DNA from: the human T2T-CHM13v2.0 reference genome, Homo sapiens
DNA length: 64,000 bases
Strand: one strand, 5' to 3'
NCBI RefSeq assembly: GCF_009914755.1
Contig: NC_060934.1
A model generated the notes under the pieces. That model did not search any database, was not told where the DNA came from, and saw only the letters and a program-made list of their open reading frames with translations. Shown piece by piece: positions 50,440 to 64,000 of the stretch. Position numbers and translations under genes: made by a program. The stretch's first letter is position 1, and the number at the start of each line of letters is the position of its first letter.

Positions 50440-51019
50440 CTTCTGTCGGTCAGCCATCCAAATGTGATATTGCCAATAATGTCAATCACTCCAAGTATGG
50501 ACATAAGAAAAGCAGCTTGCTGATGACTCACTCCAACACTCAAAGCATAAGGCACCAAGTACACAAAGAGAGGGCTGCAGCCATAAGCCATAAACAGAAC
50601 GGAGACGGCTAACACAACAAAGTCTGACATGAGTAAAAAACTGTACTCTTGCTGCAAACAGCAACAGAGGCAAGTCTGTGCCCATTCTTTGGTCAAAGAT
50701 GAATAGGGAGACACCCGCTTAATGTCTTCTTTCTGAGTTCTACACACATGGTTCTGCTCTGGAGTTGTGTGGTCCTCTTTAAGAGTAATTGGCCTCATCA
50801 AGGCACCACATACACAGAGATTCAAGACAAAGCCCCCAAGAATGAGTAAGGCTCCCCGCCAGGAAAACTGTTCAATAAGGAGCTGAACCACAGGAGCCAG
50901 GATGAAGGTGCCAATGCCACTTCCTGACATGGCGATACCATAAGCAAGGGCTTTCCGTCTGCTGAAGTACTTGCCAACCATGGCAATAGCTGGAGAGTAA
51001 CAAAGTGCAAATCCAAGAC
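50440..51019 (-). CDS. SLC16A12: SLC16A12 coding exon (580 nt)
   Basis: cctcag|GT CTT...AGA AG|gtaaaa; MCT motifs [13 protein letters not shown] and SWRGA. Confidence 0.98.
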
Positions 51020-51618
51020 CTGAGGATAAAGAGAACTCTATGAGTGCTGAAGTACCATAAACAGCCAATGATATCTCAGAATACAATGATTTATATTAAA
51101 GAGAATCTGACCTCTCATTAAACCCTTTTAAAGCTGCTTTTTACACCAAGCTTAAAATGAGTCTCCCCTCACCAGTCATTCACAATTTGGAAAATGTAGA
51201 ATATATATGACTTTCTTTTTAGGGAGAACACCCTTAAGGAAATATGACTTCATAAACAAAATTAAATGAAGAACATAAAAATAATTACACAAACTAAATT
51301 GGAATTCACTAGAAAATCTGGATAATGCCAACCAAAGAAACTTATCACTTCCTCCATTTTTTAACTTAAATTATCCAGACAATTCCCTAAACGCTTCACT
51401 GCCTATGAAGACACAACACTGACAATCTGCACCACTCTGGAATTTGGATTCAAATAGCATGTACAACTATGAAAATTCCAGGGTAATTTTACATAGTTGG
51501 GAAACATCATGCCAATTTTATATGTGAACATAGCAATGTATATTTTCATATATGTGAAAATATCTCTTAAGGTCAGCAGACAAATGTTGACACTTTAGAA
51601 AGTTTTTAGAGACCTTCA

Positions 51619-51940
<322 letters not shown>

Positions 51941-52945
51941 TCAATTTCTATTACTTTTTAAGTGAAGAAAATCTGAGGGGCTGTGAGCCTGGATTTTATG
52001 GCAACTAGAATGTCAGAGAAGGAAAAAGAGAACCACCTTCAGAAGCTCCTGCTTCCAACTGCAGTGCACAGTAGCCAGCAACCCAGAGTTGCCTGGACTG
52101 AGGGGTTTCTGGATGTGGGACTTCCAGTGTTAAAACCAGGACAGTGCCTGGTAAACTGGGATCCATTGGTCACCATAGCAGCAGTCAGGGTCTTTGGGTT
52201 ACTAGGGGTGGGTGTACCTTCTTTAGCTAACATAGCCAAATTTATAGCCTCACTATGAGGTTACGTCCTTTATTGACCTTATTCACGCCACACCAATGGC
52301 ACAATGCCCAGACAGGAGTTGGCGCTACTCTCCACACCCCTTTGAGTGATAGGCAAACTCCCATTGCAGTCCCACAATCCTATGCAGTCTCTGTAAGAGT
52401 GATTTATTGAATGTACATGTTGCTTTTTTCCATGGCATTTATTATGATTTGCTAAAGTGATACTTCCACAGCATTGAGAAAGAATGTGTAATATAAGAAT
52501 ATTCACAATAAAGGGTTTTTTAAAATTAGAAACTCCCATTTATTGGACAGCAATATTCATTATAAAGCAGGAGCAACTCAGATTGACCGTCAATAGTATT
52601 TTAATGTCTTGGCAATGGCTGGAAGAATGACCATTGCTGAAAATTCATGTTGCCCTGGGTAATATCTTGTTTCTTCTGAGTACAGAATCTCAGTCATACA
52701 CTAATTCCAAGGAGAAAGCTGCAGTTGCTTTTACCATCTGGCTGAATTACAGTGGAGATGCATTTTCATTAGGGTAATGTAATCTCATTTCTAGCTCTGT
52801 TTAACTGCTAGGTAGGTAGACATAAGCTAGGTCAACTAAATTATGCATCTAACAAAATGAATATTTTATGAATTACTTCTCTGTTGATGTGCTTGGAAAC
52901 CCCTGAATGGAGTGGGGTGAGACAGGTGGTACAAAGTGCCCTTAC

Positions 52946-53089
52946 CTGTAAGAACTCCCAGAGTGAGGTAGAGATGCTTCAGACTCGTGGCAAATGAGCT
53001 CAGGATGAGTCCAGTAGATGCAAGCAAGCCACCCAGCATGATTCCCACTTGACAGGATAAATGGTTACTGACAACACTCCCAAGTGGAG
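52946..53089 (-). CDS. SLC16A12: SLC16A12 coding exon (144 nt)
   Basis: ttgaag|CT CCA...ACA G|gtaagg; [14 protein letters not shown]...GVLTG. Confidence 0.97.
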
Positions 53090-55593
53090 CTTCAAAAACA
53101 ATAAGAAATAGGTTCAACAGAAAGGCCTTGAGGGCACTGTGAAAGGCTGTGATGTGGCATTGACAGAGGAGAGAACCTTTAAAGCATTGAGCCCACCCTA
53201 TTAATTCTGCAGCTTTGGAAACTGAGGCCCAGAGAAAGGAAGTGATTGTCCATGGTCCCACAGATAATAAGCAGCAGGGTTGGAATAGAACTCAAGTCTC
53301 CTGACCTGCATTTCAGGGCTCAATCCTCTTCATTCTATTATAGTCATAATGGCAGGACGGTAGGGTGTTTTTTAAACAGTGGATCAACTTTCTCTAAATT
53401 ACATGTCATTTGCACAGGGATGCTTACTATAGTGTTGATCATATATCATTAGCAATAATGGTGACAGTTAATTGCTGGAGAAAGAAAGTGGATAACACCA
53501 TGTGACCAGCAGGGTTATGCAGTAAAAGACCAGGGAGAGAGATCATAGACAAATTCCACAATCTGGCCCAGTTTTCAGGCTTCAGCACACCCTGTGGTTG
53601 AGATATCAAAGCCCAGAAAATCTAAGAAAAATGCTTCATGCCCATGGTGACATTCTGGTTGGTCTCACTTGGTTTGTGGCTTACCAGTGTATCAGAATTA
53701 TGTTGGCCTCAAGGCTCATAGAATATTAAGTAAAACCAGAGACCAAAATGGAACTGAAGTTCAGGGGTATATGGCATGGCCCAAGGTCACCAACAAGAGC
53801 ACCTAACACCGAGTGTGAGGTTATTTCACGCCCTTACTCTTTGGGTCTCTCAGACTAATGGCAGGAGTGATGGGTGAGGAAGGCATGTGAATTTCCTTCT
53901 AAGGAAAAATTCATGCTGACATCAGTAACTCTTAGTAGCAAGATCAGAAGACCTGATTTTCCAGGTGTCTGAAGAGTATGATCATTTTTGTATTGATCAG
54001 ACTGAAATTGGGGGTCAACTGTTACCTTCTCTGTTCATCACAGAGCAGATCTGTTCCCAGTGGGTGTCCCACATGTGATTCTGCAGACTCTCATCCATAC
54101 TCTGAACTTTAATGTTCTAATATTATGTTACAAGGTGAGCAGGTAGGTATATGGTAATTGTGTACAACAGGCCTCTTGGTCTTGCATAGAATTTAAATAT
54201 GTTGCTTCTGACATAACCCTACTCAAAGCTTGACTGTGTGAACCATATTGACTGTGTGACCATATTGGTCACCTAAGGTCATTTCCTCCTATTTGGGGGA
54301 TTATGAATATCCTCCAAAAGATAGAAATGAGGGAAATTAGTCACTTTTATCCTCTGAGAAGACAAACATGGCTTCTTTGGTGTGCTGATGCAAATGCTGT
54401 GACTAATAATGTGACCCTGAAAATCAAGTGGTTTCAAAAAAAAGACAAGCTCTATAACTCGAATATATGATTTTTTGATCCCTTAAGACCTTCTTCTTAG
54501 TTGAAAGAGTTGAGTTGATTTAGCCTTCTCATGAAACCTGCTTTTAGTCTTAGAACTGCTCTCAACTTCCTCCCAACCAAACAAATATTATACATTTCAG
54601 TACAATTTAACTGATTCATGAGTAAATGAATTTTTTTTCCAAAAAGAAATATGAGTCAGTGCCTAGAATGGAATAAAATGGTTATTATGAGTTACTGAAT
54701 ACAGGTATTATTTCCCTTTTGCCACTAAGACATGGCTTGAAGAGATGAAAATTTCCGAAAATACTCAGAACTCATTGAAATGAATGGATTAAGTGGGTCT
54801 AAGCTACAAACAATTTGATTTAATCTTAGAAACTCTCTAAGACATCAATTTAATAACGTGAGTTTGAAATTTATTTTAAATAAATGCCAGGTTTGTTGTC
54901 CTCTACTACACAGATGGAATGTTAATTCCATACATTTCTAGAACACCCTACATACCTTATATAACACTTTCGGAGTTCCTTGAATGAAATTACACCCATA
55001 ATGAATATGTTTATCTCATGACGACATAATCCTATCCTTCCCCAATACTTCTCTAAGCATGAAGATTTATATATGAAAAAGATGAAATCCATGAGCCAAA
55101 TGTCAAGCCCTGGGGGAGGAACAGAATGCAATCCAAGACTTGAGATGTGATACAACACTGTTGGCACTTATGACTATGTAAAAATGGCTCATGGTACTAT
55201 CAATAACTATTTACACAACTTGAGAATGAGAAGGCCATAGCATTTGGAAGAGAGAAGCCAAGCATATACTATAAATTGCTTCCAAAATCAGGACGTGTTC
55301 TAGAATGCTCAGCGTCCTATCTCTATATGGAAGAACCAAATCTTACGTGTTCTTTTGAGTGTATTATCTAACTGTTCTACCTGACATCAGCCAAGACCAT
55401 TAATTACAAGAGCAAGTCTGGTTGGCTTTGGCTGAAGATAGGATTGATCTTTTCTTTATATTATATAGTCCTAGCCAGTTTTTAATGTAGCCCTTCTACT
55501 TAGGAAAACTAGTAATCAAAGTCAGTGGAATGTCATTGTCATATACAGTTCAAGAGTGGCCAGTAATTCCCTATCCTAGTAAGTAATACTCAC

Positions 55594-55697
55594 CACAGAG
55601 CATGGTCACACAATCTACAATGGAATGGATCCATGCCGTTTGTGCGTAATCCTGAGTGAAGTATGTCTGGAACTCCACAAAAAAAATTGAGATACAT
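55594..55697 (-). CDS. SLC16A12: SLC16A12 coding exon (104 nt); upstream exons lie beyond the window
   Basis: tttcag|A TGT ATC...TGT G|gtgagt; [34 protein letters not shown]; phases chain with the downstream exons. Confidence 0.95.
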
Positions 55698-56479
55698 CTG
55701 AAAAATACAATGCAGGCATTTTATACAAAAAATGAATGAGCATGCATTTGAGCCAGAACTTAAAATGTTTGGTTCAATTAGCTGCTCCTGTTTCCAAGGG
55801 TTTTAATTGCTAGACCATAATAAGTGGGAAATCAGAAGCTGACCATTTGGGCCATGCTGGATAACAAGAAGAACAAGTGTTCAACCACCACAGGGGCTAC
55901 TAAAGCCAAGTAGATGTGAAAACTACTGCTCTAAGGAAGGTTTTATGGAAACAAAAGCAGGTCAGGAACATGGATTCTTATTTATTTTTGTATTTTGCTA
56001 ACTTCTTCTGAGAGGTTATTATACAAATTAAGATTTGACAATAAAGAATTATATATCACCAGCAATGTCACCTCTAGGATTTATATAAAGGAAATAATCA
56101 GGTGATATTGATGATAGATAGATAAAAGGATATATTCTGGAGAACTAATTTAGTCTATAAAATTATATATATGTGTATATAAAAGGATATATTCTGAGGG
56201 ATATAATAATAATAGATATATAAGAGGATATATTCTGGAGAATAGCCAAATATCATAACCAATGTAACTGTTCATCAATAAAGGAGTGGCTAAATAAATT
56301 ATGGCATATCAATAAAATAAAATAGTAAGTCTTAAAAATGATGATGTTGATCTGTATATATTGATTTGGAAATAAATTTGCAATATAATGTTAAGTAAAA
56401 AATAAGTTAGTTACCAAACAGTTCATATAGTAGGAACTTATTTTTGTAAAAACAGTTTATGTAAATAGAAAATTTCCTG

Positions 56480-59400
56480 GATGGCCGAATAGGAACAGCT
56501 CTGGTCTGCAGCTCCCAGCGTGATTGATGCAGAAGACAGGTGATTTCTGCATTTCCAACTGAGGTACCTGGTTCATCTCACTGGGACTCGTTGGACAGTG
56601 GGTGTAGCCCATGGAGGGGGAGCCGAAGCAGGGTGGGGCATTGCCTCACCCAGGAAGCACAAGGGGATTTCCCTTTCCTAGCTAAGGGAAGCTATGACAT
56701 ACTGTACTGGGAAAATTGGGGCACTGCCACCTAAATACTATGCTTTTCCAATGGTCTTAGCAAATGGCACACCAGGAGATTTTATCCTGTGCCTAGCTCA
56801 GCAAGCCCTACGCCCATGGAGCCTTGCTCACTGCTAGCGCAGCAGTCCGAGATCAAACTGTGAGGCGGCAGCCCGGCTGCGGGAGGGGCATCTGCCATTG
56901 CTGAGGCTTGAGTAGGTAAACAAAGTGGCCAGGAAGCTCAAACTGGGTGGAGCCCACTGCAGCTCAACCAGACTTCACCTCTGGGGGAGGGCATAGCTGA
57001 ACAAAAGGGAGCAGAAACTTCTGCAGACTTAAATGTCCCGGTCTGACAGCTCTGAAGAGAGCAGTGGTTCTTCCATCACAGTGTTTGAGCTCTGAGAATG
57101 GACAGACTGCCTCCTCAAGTGGGTCCCTGACCCCCGTGTAGCCTAACTGGGAGACACCTCCCCGTAGGGGCCAACTGACACCTCATACAGCCAGGTGCCC
57201 CTCTCAGACAAAGCTTCCAGAGGAAGGATCAGGCAGCAATATTTGCTGTTCTGCAATATTTGCTGTTCTGCAGCCTCTGCCGGTGATACCAGGCAAACAG
57301 GGTCTGGAGTGGACCTCCAGCAAACTCCAACAGACCTGCAGCTGAGGGACCTGACTGTTAGAAGGAAAACTAACAAACAGAAACGAATAACATCAACGTC
57401 AACAAAAAGGACATCCACACCGAAACCCCATCTGTAGGTCACTAACATCAAAGACCAAAGGTAGATAAAACCACAAAGATGGGGAGAAACCAGAGCAGAA
57501 AAGCTGAAAATTCTAAAAACTGGAGCACTTCTTCTCCTCCAAAGGATCACAGCTCCTCACCGGCGACAGAACAAAGCTGGACGGATAATGACTTTGACAA
57601 GTTGACAGAAGTAGGCTTCAGAAGGTCAGTACTAACAAACTTCTCCGAGCTAAAGGAGGATGTTCGAACCCATCACAAGGAAGCTAAAAACCTTGAAAAA
57701 CGATTAGAGGAATGGCTAATTAGAATAAACAGCATAGAGAAGACCTTAAATGACCTGATGGAGCTGAAAACCATGGTATGAGAACTACGTGACGCATACA
57801 CAAGCTTCAGTAGCCGATTTGATCAAGTGGAAGAAAGGGTATCAGTGATTGAAGATCAAATTAATGAAATGAAATGAGAAGAGAAGTTTAGAGAAAAAAG
57901 AATAAAAAGAAATGAACAAAGCCTCCAAGAAATATGGGACTATGTGAAAAGACCAAATCTACATTTGATTGGCGTCCCTCAAAGTGACAGGGAGAATGGA
58001 ACCAAGCTGGAAAACACTCTTCAGGATATTATCCAGGAGAACTTCCCCAATCTAGTGAGGCAGGCCAACATTCAAATTCAGGAAATACAGAGAACAACAC
58101 AAAGATACTCCTTGAGAAGAGCAACCCCAAGACACATAATTATCAGATTCACCAATGTTGAAATGAAGGAAAAAATGTTAAGGGCAGTCAGAGAGAAAGG
58201 TCGGGTTACCCACAAAGGGAAGCCCATCAGACTAACAGCAGATCTCTTTGCAGAAACCCTGCAAGCCAGAAGAGAGTGGGGGCCAATATTCAACATTCTT
58301 AAAGAAAAAGAATTTTCAACCCAGAATTTCATATCTGGCCAAACTAAGCTTCATAAGTGAAGGAGAAATAAAATCTTTCACACACAAGCAAATGCTGAGA
58401 GATTTTGTCACCACCAAGCCTACCTTACAAGAGCTCCTGAAGGAAGCACTAAACGTGGAAAGGAACAATCGGTACCAGCCACTGCAAAAACATGCCAAAT
58501 TGTAAAGACCATCGATGCTAGGAAGAAACTGCATCAACTAATGGGCAAAATAACCAGCTAACATTGTAATGACAGGATCAAATTCACATACAACATATTA
58601 ACCTTAAATGTAAATGGGCTAAATACCCCAATTAAAAGACACAGACTAGCCAATTGGATAAAGAGTCAAGAGCCATCAGTATGCTGTATTCAGGAAACCC
58701 ATCTCATGTGCAGAGACACACATAGGCTCAAAATAAAGGGATGGAGGAAGATCTACCAAGCAAATGGAAAGCAAAAAAAAAGCAGGGGTTGCAATCCTAG
58801 TCTCTGATAAAACAGACTTTAAACCAACAAAGATCAAAAGAGACAAAGAAGGCCATTACATAATGGTAAAGGGATCGATTCAACAAGAAGAGCTAACTAT
58901 CCTAAATATATACGCACCCAATACAGGAGCACCCAAATTCATAAAGCAAGGACTTAGAGACCTACAAAGAGACTTAGACTCCCACACAATAATAATGGGA
59001 GACTAACGCCCCACTGTCAATATGAGACAGATCAACGAGACAGAAGGTTAACAAGGATATCCAGGACTTGAATTCAGCTCTGCACCAAGCAGACCTAACA
59101 GACATCTACAGAACTCTCCACCCCAAATCAACAGAATATACATTCTTCTCAGTACCACATCACACTTATTCCAAAATTCACCACATAGTTGGAAGTAAAC
59201 CACTCCTTAGCAAATGTAAAAGAACAGAAATCACAATAAACTCTCTCTCAGACTACAGTGCAATCAAATTAGAACTCAGGATTAAGAAACTCACTCAAAA
59301 CCACTCAACTACATGGAAACTGAACAACCTGCTCCTGTATGACTACTGGGTAAATAACGAAATGTAGGCAGAAATAAAGATGTTCTTTGAAACCAGTGAG

Positions 59401-62400
59401 AACAAAGACACAATGTACCAGAATGTCTGGGACACATTTAAAGAAGTGTGTAGAGGGAAATTTATACCACTAAATGCCCACAAGAGAAAGCAGGAGAGAT
59501 TTAAAATCGACACCCTAACATCACAATTAAAAGAACTAGAGAAGCAAGAGCAAACAAATTTAAAAGCTAGCAGAAGGCAAGAAATAACTAAAATCAGAGC
59601 AGAACTGAAGGAGACAGAGACAAGAAAACCCCTTCCAAAAAATCAATGAATTCAGGAGCTGGTTTTTTGAAAAGATCAACAAATAGATAGATCACTAGCA
59701 AGACTAATGAAGAAGAAAAGAGAGAAGAATCAAATCAAATAGATGCGATAAAAAATGACAAAGGGGAAATCACCACCAATCCCACAGAAATACAAACTAC
59801 CATCAGAGAATACTATAAACACCTCTATGCAAATAAACTAGAAAATCTAGAAGAAATGGATAAATTCCTGGACACATACTCCCCAGACTAAACCAGGACG
59901 AAGCTGAATCCCTGAATAGACCAATTACAGGCTCTGAAATTGAGGCAATAATTAATAGCCTACCAACCAAAAAAAGTCCAGGACCAGAAGGATTCACAGC
60001 CGAATTCTATCAGAGGTGCGAAGAGGAGCTGGTACCATTCCTTCTGAAACTATTCCAATCAGGAGAATAACAGGGAATCCCCCCTAACTCATTTTATGAG
60101 GTGAGCATCATTCTGATATCAAAGTCTGGCAAAAACACACACACACACAAAAAGGGATCTTTAGACCAATATCCCTGATGAACATTGATGCAAAAATCCT
60201 CAATAAAATACTGGCAAACCAAATCCATCAAAAAACTTATCCACCAAGATCAAGTTGGCTTCATCCCTGGGATGCAAGGCTGGTTCTACATACGCAAATC
60301 AATAAATATAATCCACCATATAAACAGGACCCAAGACAAAAACCACATGATTATCTCAATAGATGTAGAAAAGGCCTTTGACAAAATTCAACATCCCTTC
60401 ATGCTAAAAACTCTCAATAAACTAGGTATTGATGGAATGTATCTCAAAATAATAAGAGCTATTTATGATAAACCCACAGCCAATATCATTCTGAATGGGC
60501 AAAGACTGGAAGCATTCCCTTTGAAAACTGGCACAAGACAGGGACGCCCTCTCTCACCACTCCTATTTAACATAGTGTTGGACGTTCTGGCCAGGGCAAT
60601 CAGGCAGGAGAAAGAAATAAACGTTATTCAATTAGGAAAAGAGGAAGTCAAATTGTCCCTGTTTGCAGATGACATGATTGTATATTTAGAAAACCCCATC
60701 GTCTCAGCCCAAAAGCTCCTTAAGCTGATAAGCAACTTCAGCAAAGTCTCAGGATACAAAATCAATGTGCAAAAATCACAAGCATTCCTATACACTAATA
60801 ACAGACAAACAGAGAGCCAAATTATGAGTGAACTCCGATTCACAATTGCTACAGAGAGAATAAAATACCTAGGAATCCAACTTATAAGGGATGTGAAGGA
60901 CCTCTTCAGGGAAAACTACAAACCACTGCTCAACGAAATAAAAGAGGACACAAACAAATGGAATAACATTCCATGCTCGTGGATAGAAAGAATCAATAAC
61001 TTGAAAATGGCCATACTGCCTGAAGTAATTTATAGATTCAATGCTATTTCCATCAAGCTACCAATGACTTTCTTCACAGAATTGGAAAAAACTACTTTAA
61101 AGTTCATATGGAACCAAAAAACTGCCTGCATTGCCAAGACAATCCTAACTCAAAAGAACAAAGCTGGAGGCATCATGCTACCTGACTTCAAGCTGTACTA
61201 CAAGGCTACAGTAACCAAAGCAGCATGGTACTGGTACCAAAACAGAGATATTGACAAATGGAACAGAACAGAGGCCTCAGAAATGACACCACACATCTAA
61301 GACCATCTGATCTTTAACAAACCTGACAAAAATAACAAATGGAGAAAGGATTCTCTATTTAATAAATGGTACTGGGAAAACTGGCTAGCCATATGTAGAA
61401 AGCTGAAACTGGATCCCTTCCTTATACCTTATACAAAAATTAATTCAAGATAGATTCAAGACTTAAATGTTAGACCTAAAACCATAAAAACCCTAGAAGA
61501 AAACCTAGGCAATACCATTCAGGACATAGGCATGGGCAAGGACTTCATGACTAAAACACCAAAAGCAATGGCAACAAAAGCCAAAATTGACAAATGGAAT
61601 CTAATTAAACTAAAGAGCTTCTGCACAGCAAAAGAAACTACCATCAGAGTGAACAGGCAACCTGCAGAATGTGAGAAAATTTTTGCAATCCAGTCATCTG
61701 ACAAACGGCTAATATCCAGAATCTACAAAGAACTTCAACAAATTTACAAGAAAAAAATCAAACAACCCCATCAAAAAGGTGGCAAAGGATATGAAGAGAC
61801 ACTTTTCAAAAGAAAACATTTATGCAGCCAACAGACACATGAAAAAATGCTCATCATCACTGGCCATCAGAGAAATGCAAATCAAAACCACAATGAGATA
61901 CCATCTCACACCAGTTAGAATGGCCATCATTAAAAAGTCAGGAAACAACAGGTGCTGGAGAGGATGTGGAGAAATAGGAACTCTTTTACACTGTTGGTGG
62001 GAGTGTGAACTAGTTCAAGTATTGTGGAAGACAGTGTGGTGATTCCTCAAGGATCTAGAATTAGAAATACCATTTGACCCAGTGATCCTGTTACTGGGTA
62101 TATACCCAAAGGATTATAAATGATGCTACTATAAAGACACATGTGCACGTATGTTTAATGTGGCACTATTCACAATAGGAAAGACTTGGAACCAAGCCAA
62201 ATGTCCATCAATGATAGACTGGATTAAGAAAATGTGGCACATATACACCATGGAATACTATGCAGCCATAAAAAAGGATGAGTTCATGTCGTTTGTAGGG
62301 ACATGGATGAAGCTGGAAACCATTCTGAGCAAACTATCGCAAGGACAGAAAACCAAACACTGCATGTTCTCACTCATAAGTGGAACTTGAACAATGAGAA

Positions 62401-62601
62401 CACTTGGACACAGGGCAGGGAACGGCACACACTGGGGCCTGTCGTGGGGTCAGGGGATGGGGGAGGGACAGCATTAGGAGAAATACCTAATGTAAATGAT
62501 GAGTTAATGGGTGTAGCAAACCAACATGGCACATGTATACATATGTAACAAACCTGCATGTTGTGCACATGTACCCTAGAACTTAAAGTATAATAAAAAA
62601 A
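56480..62601 (+). mobile_element. Near-full-length L1PA (about PA5-PA6), ORFs broken, antisense to SLC16A12
   Basis: 5'UTR from GATGGCCGAATAGG; ORF1 57479-58505, ORF2 58569-~62390 with stops and frameshifts (LFADD motif); A-tail; TSD AGAAAATTTCCTG at 56467-56479 and 62602-62614. Confidence 0.97.
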
Positions 62602-63156
62602 AGAAAATTTCCTGAAAGCTTATACACTAAAATGTACCTAATCATTATATGTAAATGGTGAGATTAGAAATAATTATTTTAATCTTTATAGAGCATTTTC
62701 AATTACTTTACAATAAACATGATTTCTTATGTAACCAGAAATGTGTATATATGTGTGTGTATGTGTGTATGTGCAGAGAAAGAGAAAGAAATATTTATAT
62801 TGAAAAATAGTTAATTACTTAGAGAAAGACATGTGAACCAGAAGCAATAGTTTGCATCACTGTGCAACTTGGAAAAGCCTTATATGGATTAGCATGGCGT
62901 CCTCATTCAGGCAGGAAGCTTTTATAGCCCGGTGATAACAGTAGGGAAGAAATCAGGCCTGTGGCTTGGGGATGAGATAAGAGGTTATTAATCTCTTTGG
63001 AGCTAAGTTCCAATTAATTGTGCTTTAACAATCCATAGTAACCTGTTATGTTCACTCTCCCTCTCCTCCCCAGTTGCTGCTGGGTGTGAAAGTAGGTGGT
63101 GAAGAGCTTGGAGAAGAAGGGAGAGAACCAGGTATAAACAAGACTGCCATGTTAGG

Positions 63157-63800
<644 letters not shown>

Positions 63801-64000
63801 CCCCAAGAGGCTATGCTTTCCTTTTGAACCAAAACCTGCTTCAAATGCAGAAAGAAGGCAGTGGTGTTATAAGAATCACAAAGGACCAAGGATTTCTATC
63901 ATATCCTTTTTCATTCATATCACTTCCTTGTATTAACAAACCACTAATGTTGAGGGTGATGGCATAGAAGGAAATGGAAAGATCAGCCAACCCATATTTC

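Noticed and set aside
56128-56237. Three copies of GGATATATTCTG; also short duplications at 6001-6030 and 54230-54266
   Set aside because: Ordinary slippage in old repeats or introns
60185-61300. 371-aa reverse transcriptase ORF
   Set aside because: Fragment of a broken L1 ORF2, not a novel RT system

Overview
Human genomic DNA from the IFIT cluster (recognised from the proteins as chr10q23.31). The + strand carries complete IFIT1 (ATGAG exon 4557-4561 plus 14125-15556, 478 aa) and IFIT5 (26642-26646 plus 29046-30489, 482 aa), each with an ISRE promoter. The - strand carries the last five coding exons and 3'UTR of SLC16A12 (MCT12). The rest is mostly transposons. A two-LTR, internally deleted HERV9/LTR12 provirus (18060-24790) lies between IFIT1 and IFIT5, and a near-full-length L1PA (56480-62601) lies in an SLC16A12 intron. 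The best candidate system is that the two LTRs of this provirus appear to have split their roles. The 5' LTR keeps its AATAAA where it could terminate long IFIT1 3'UTRs. The 3' LTR has lost the signal (AACAAA), has 7 CCAAT boxes versus 2, and on the antisense strand holds a clean ATG-to-GTGAGT 61-nt coding exon (MACLEFVPFDVQMCLEFLPS). I recall that peptide as the N-terminus of a LIPA isoform, plausibly transcribed divergently from the IFIT5 ISRE promoter; this is unverified. Also notable are a 30-bp templated insertion copied from the IFIT5 intron into an Alu, and an L1 antisense promoter/ORF0 facing SLC16A12 exons. Repeat subfamily names are by-eye calls and some boundaries are approximate.
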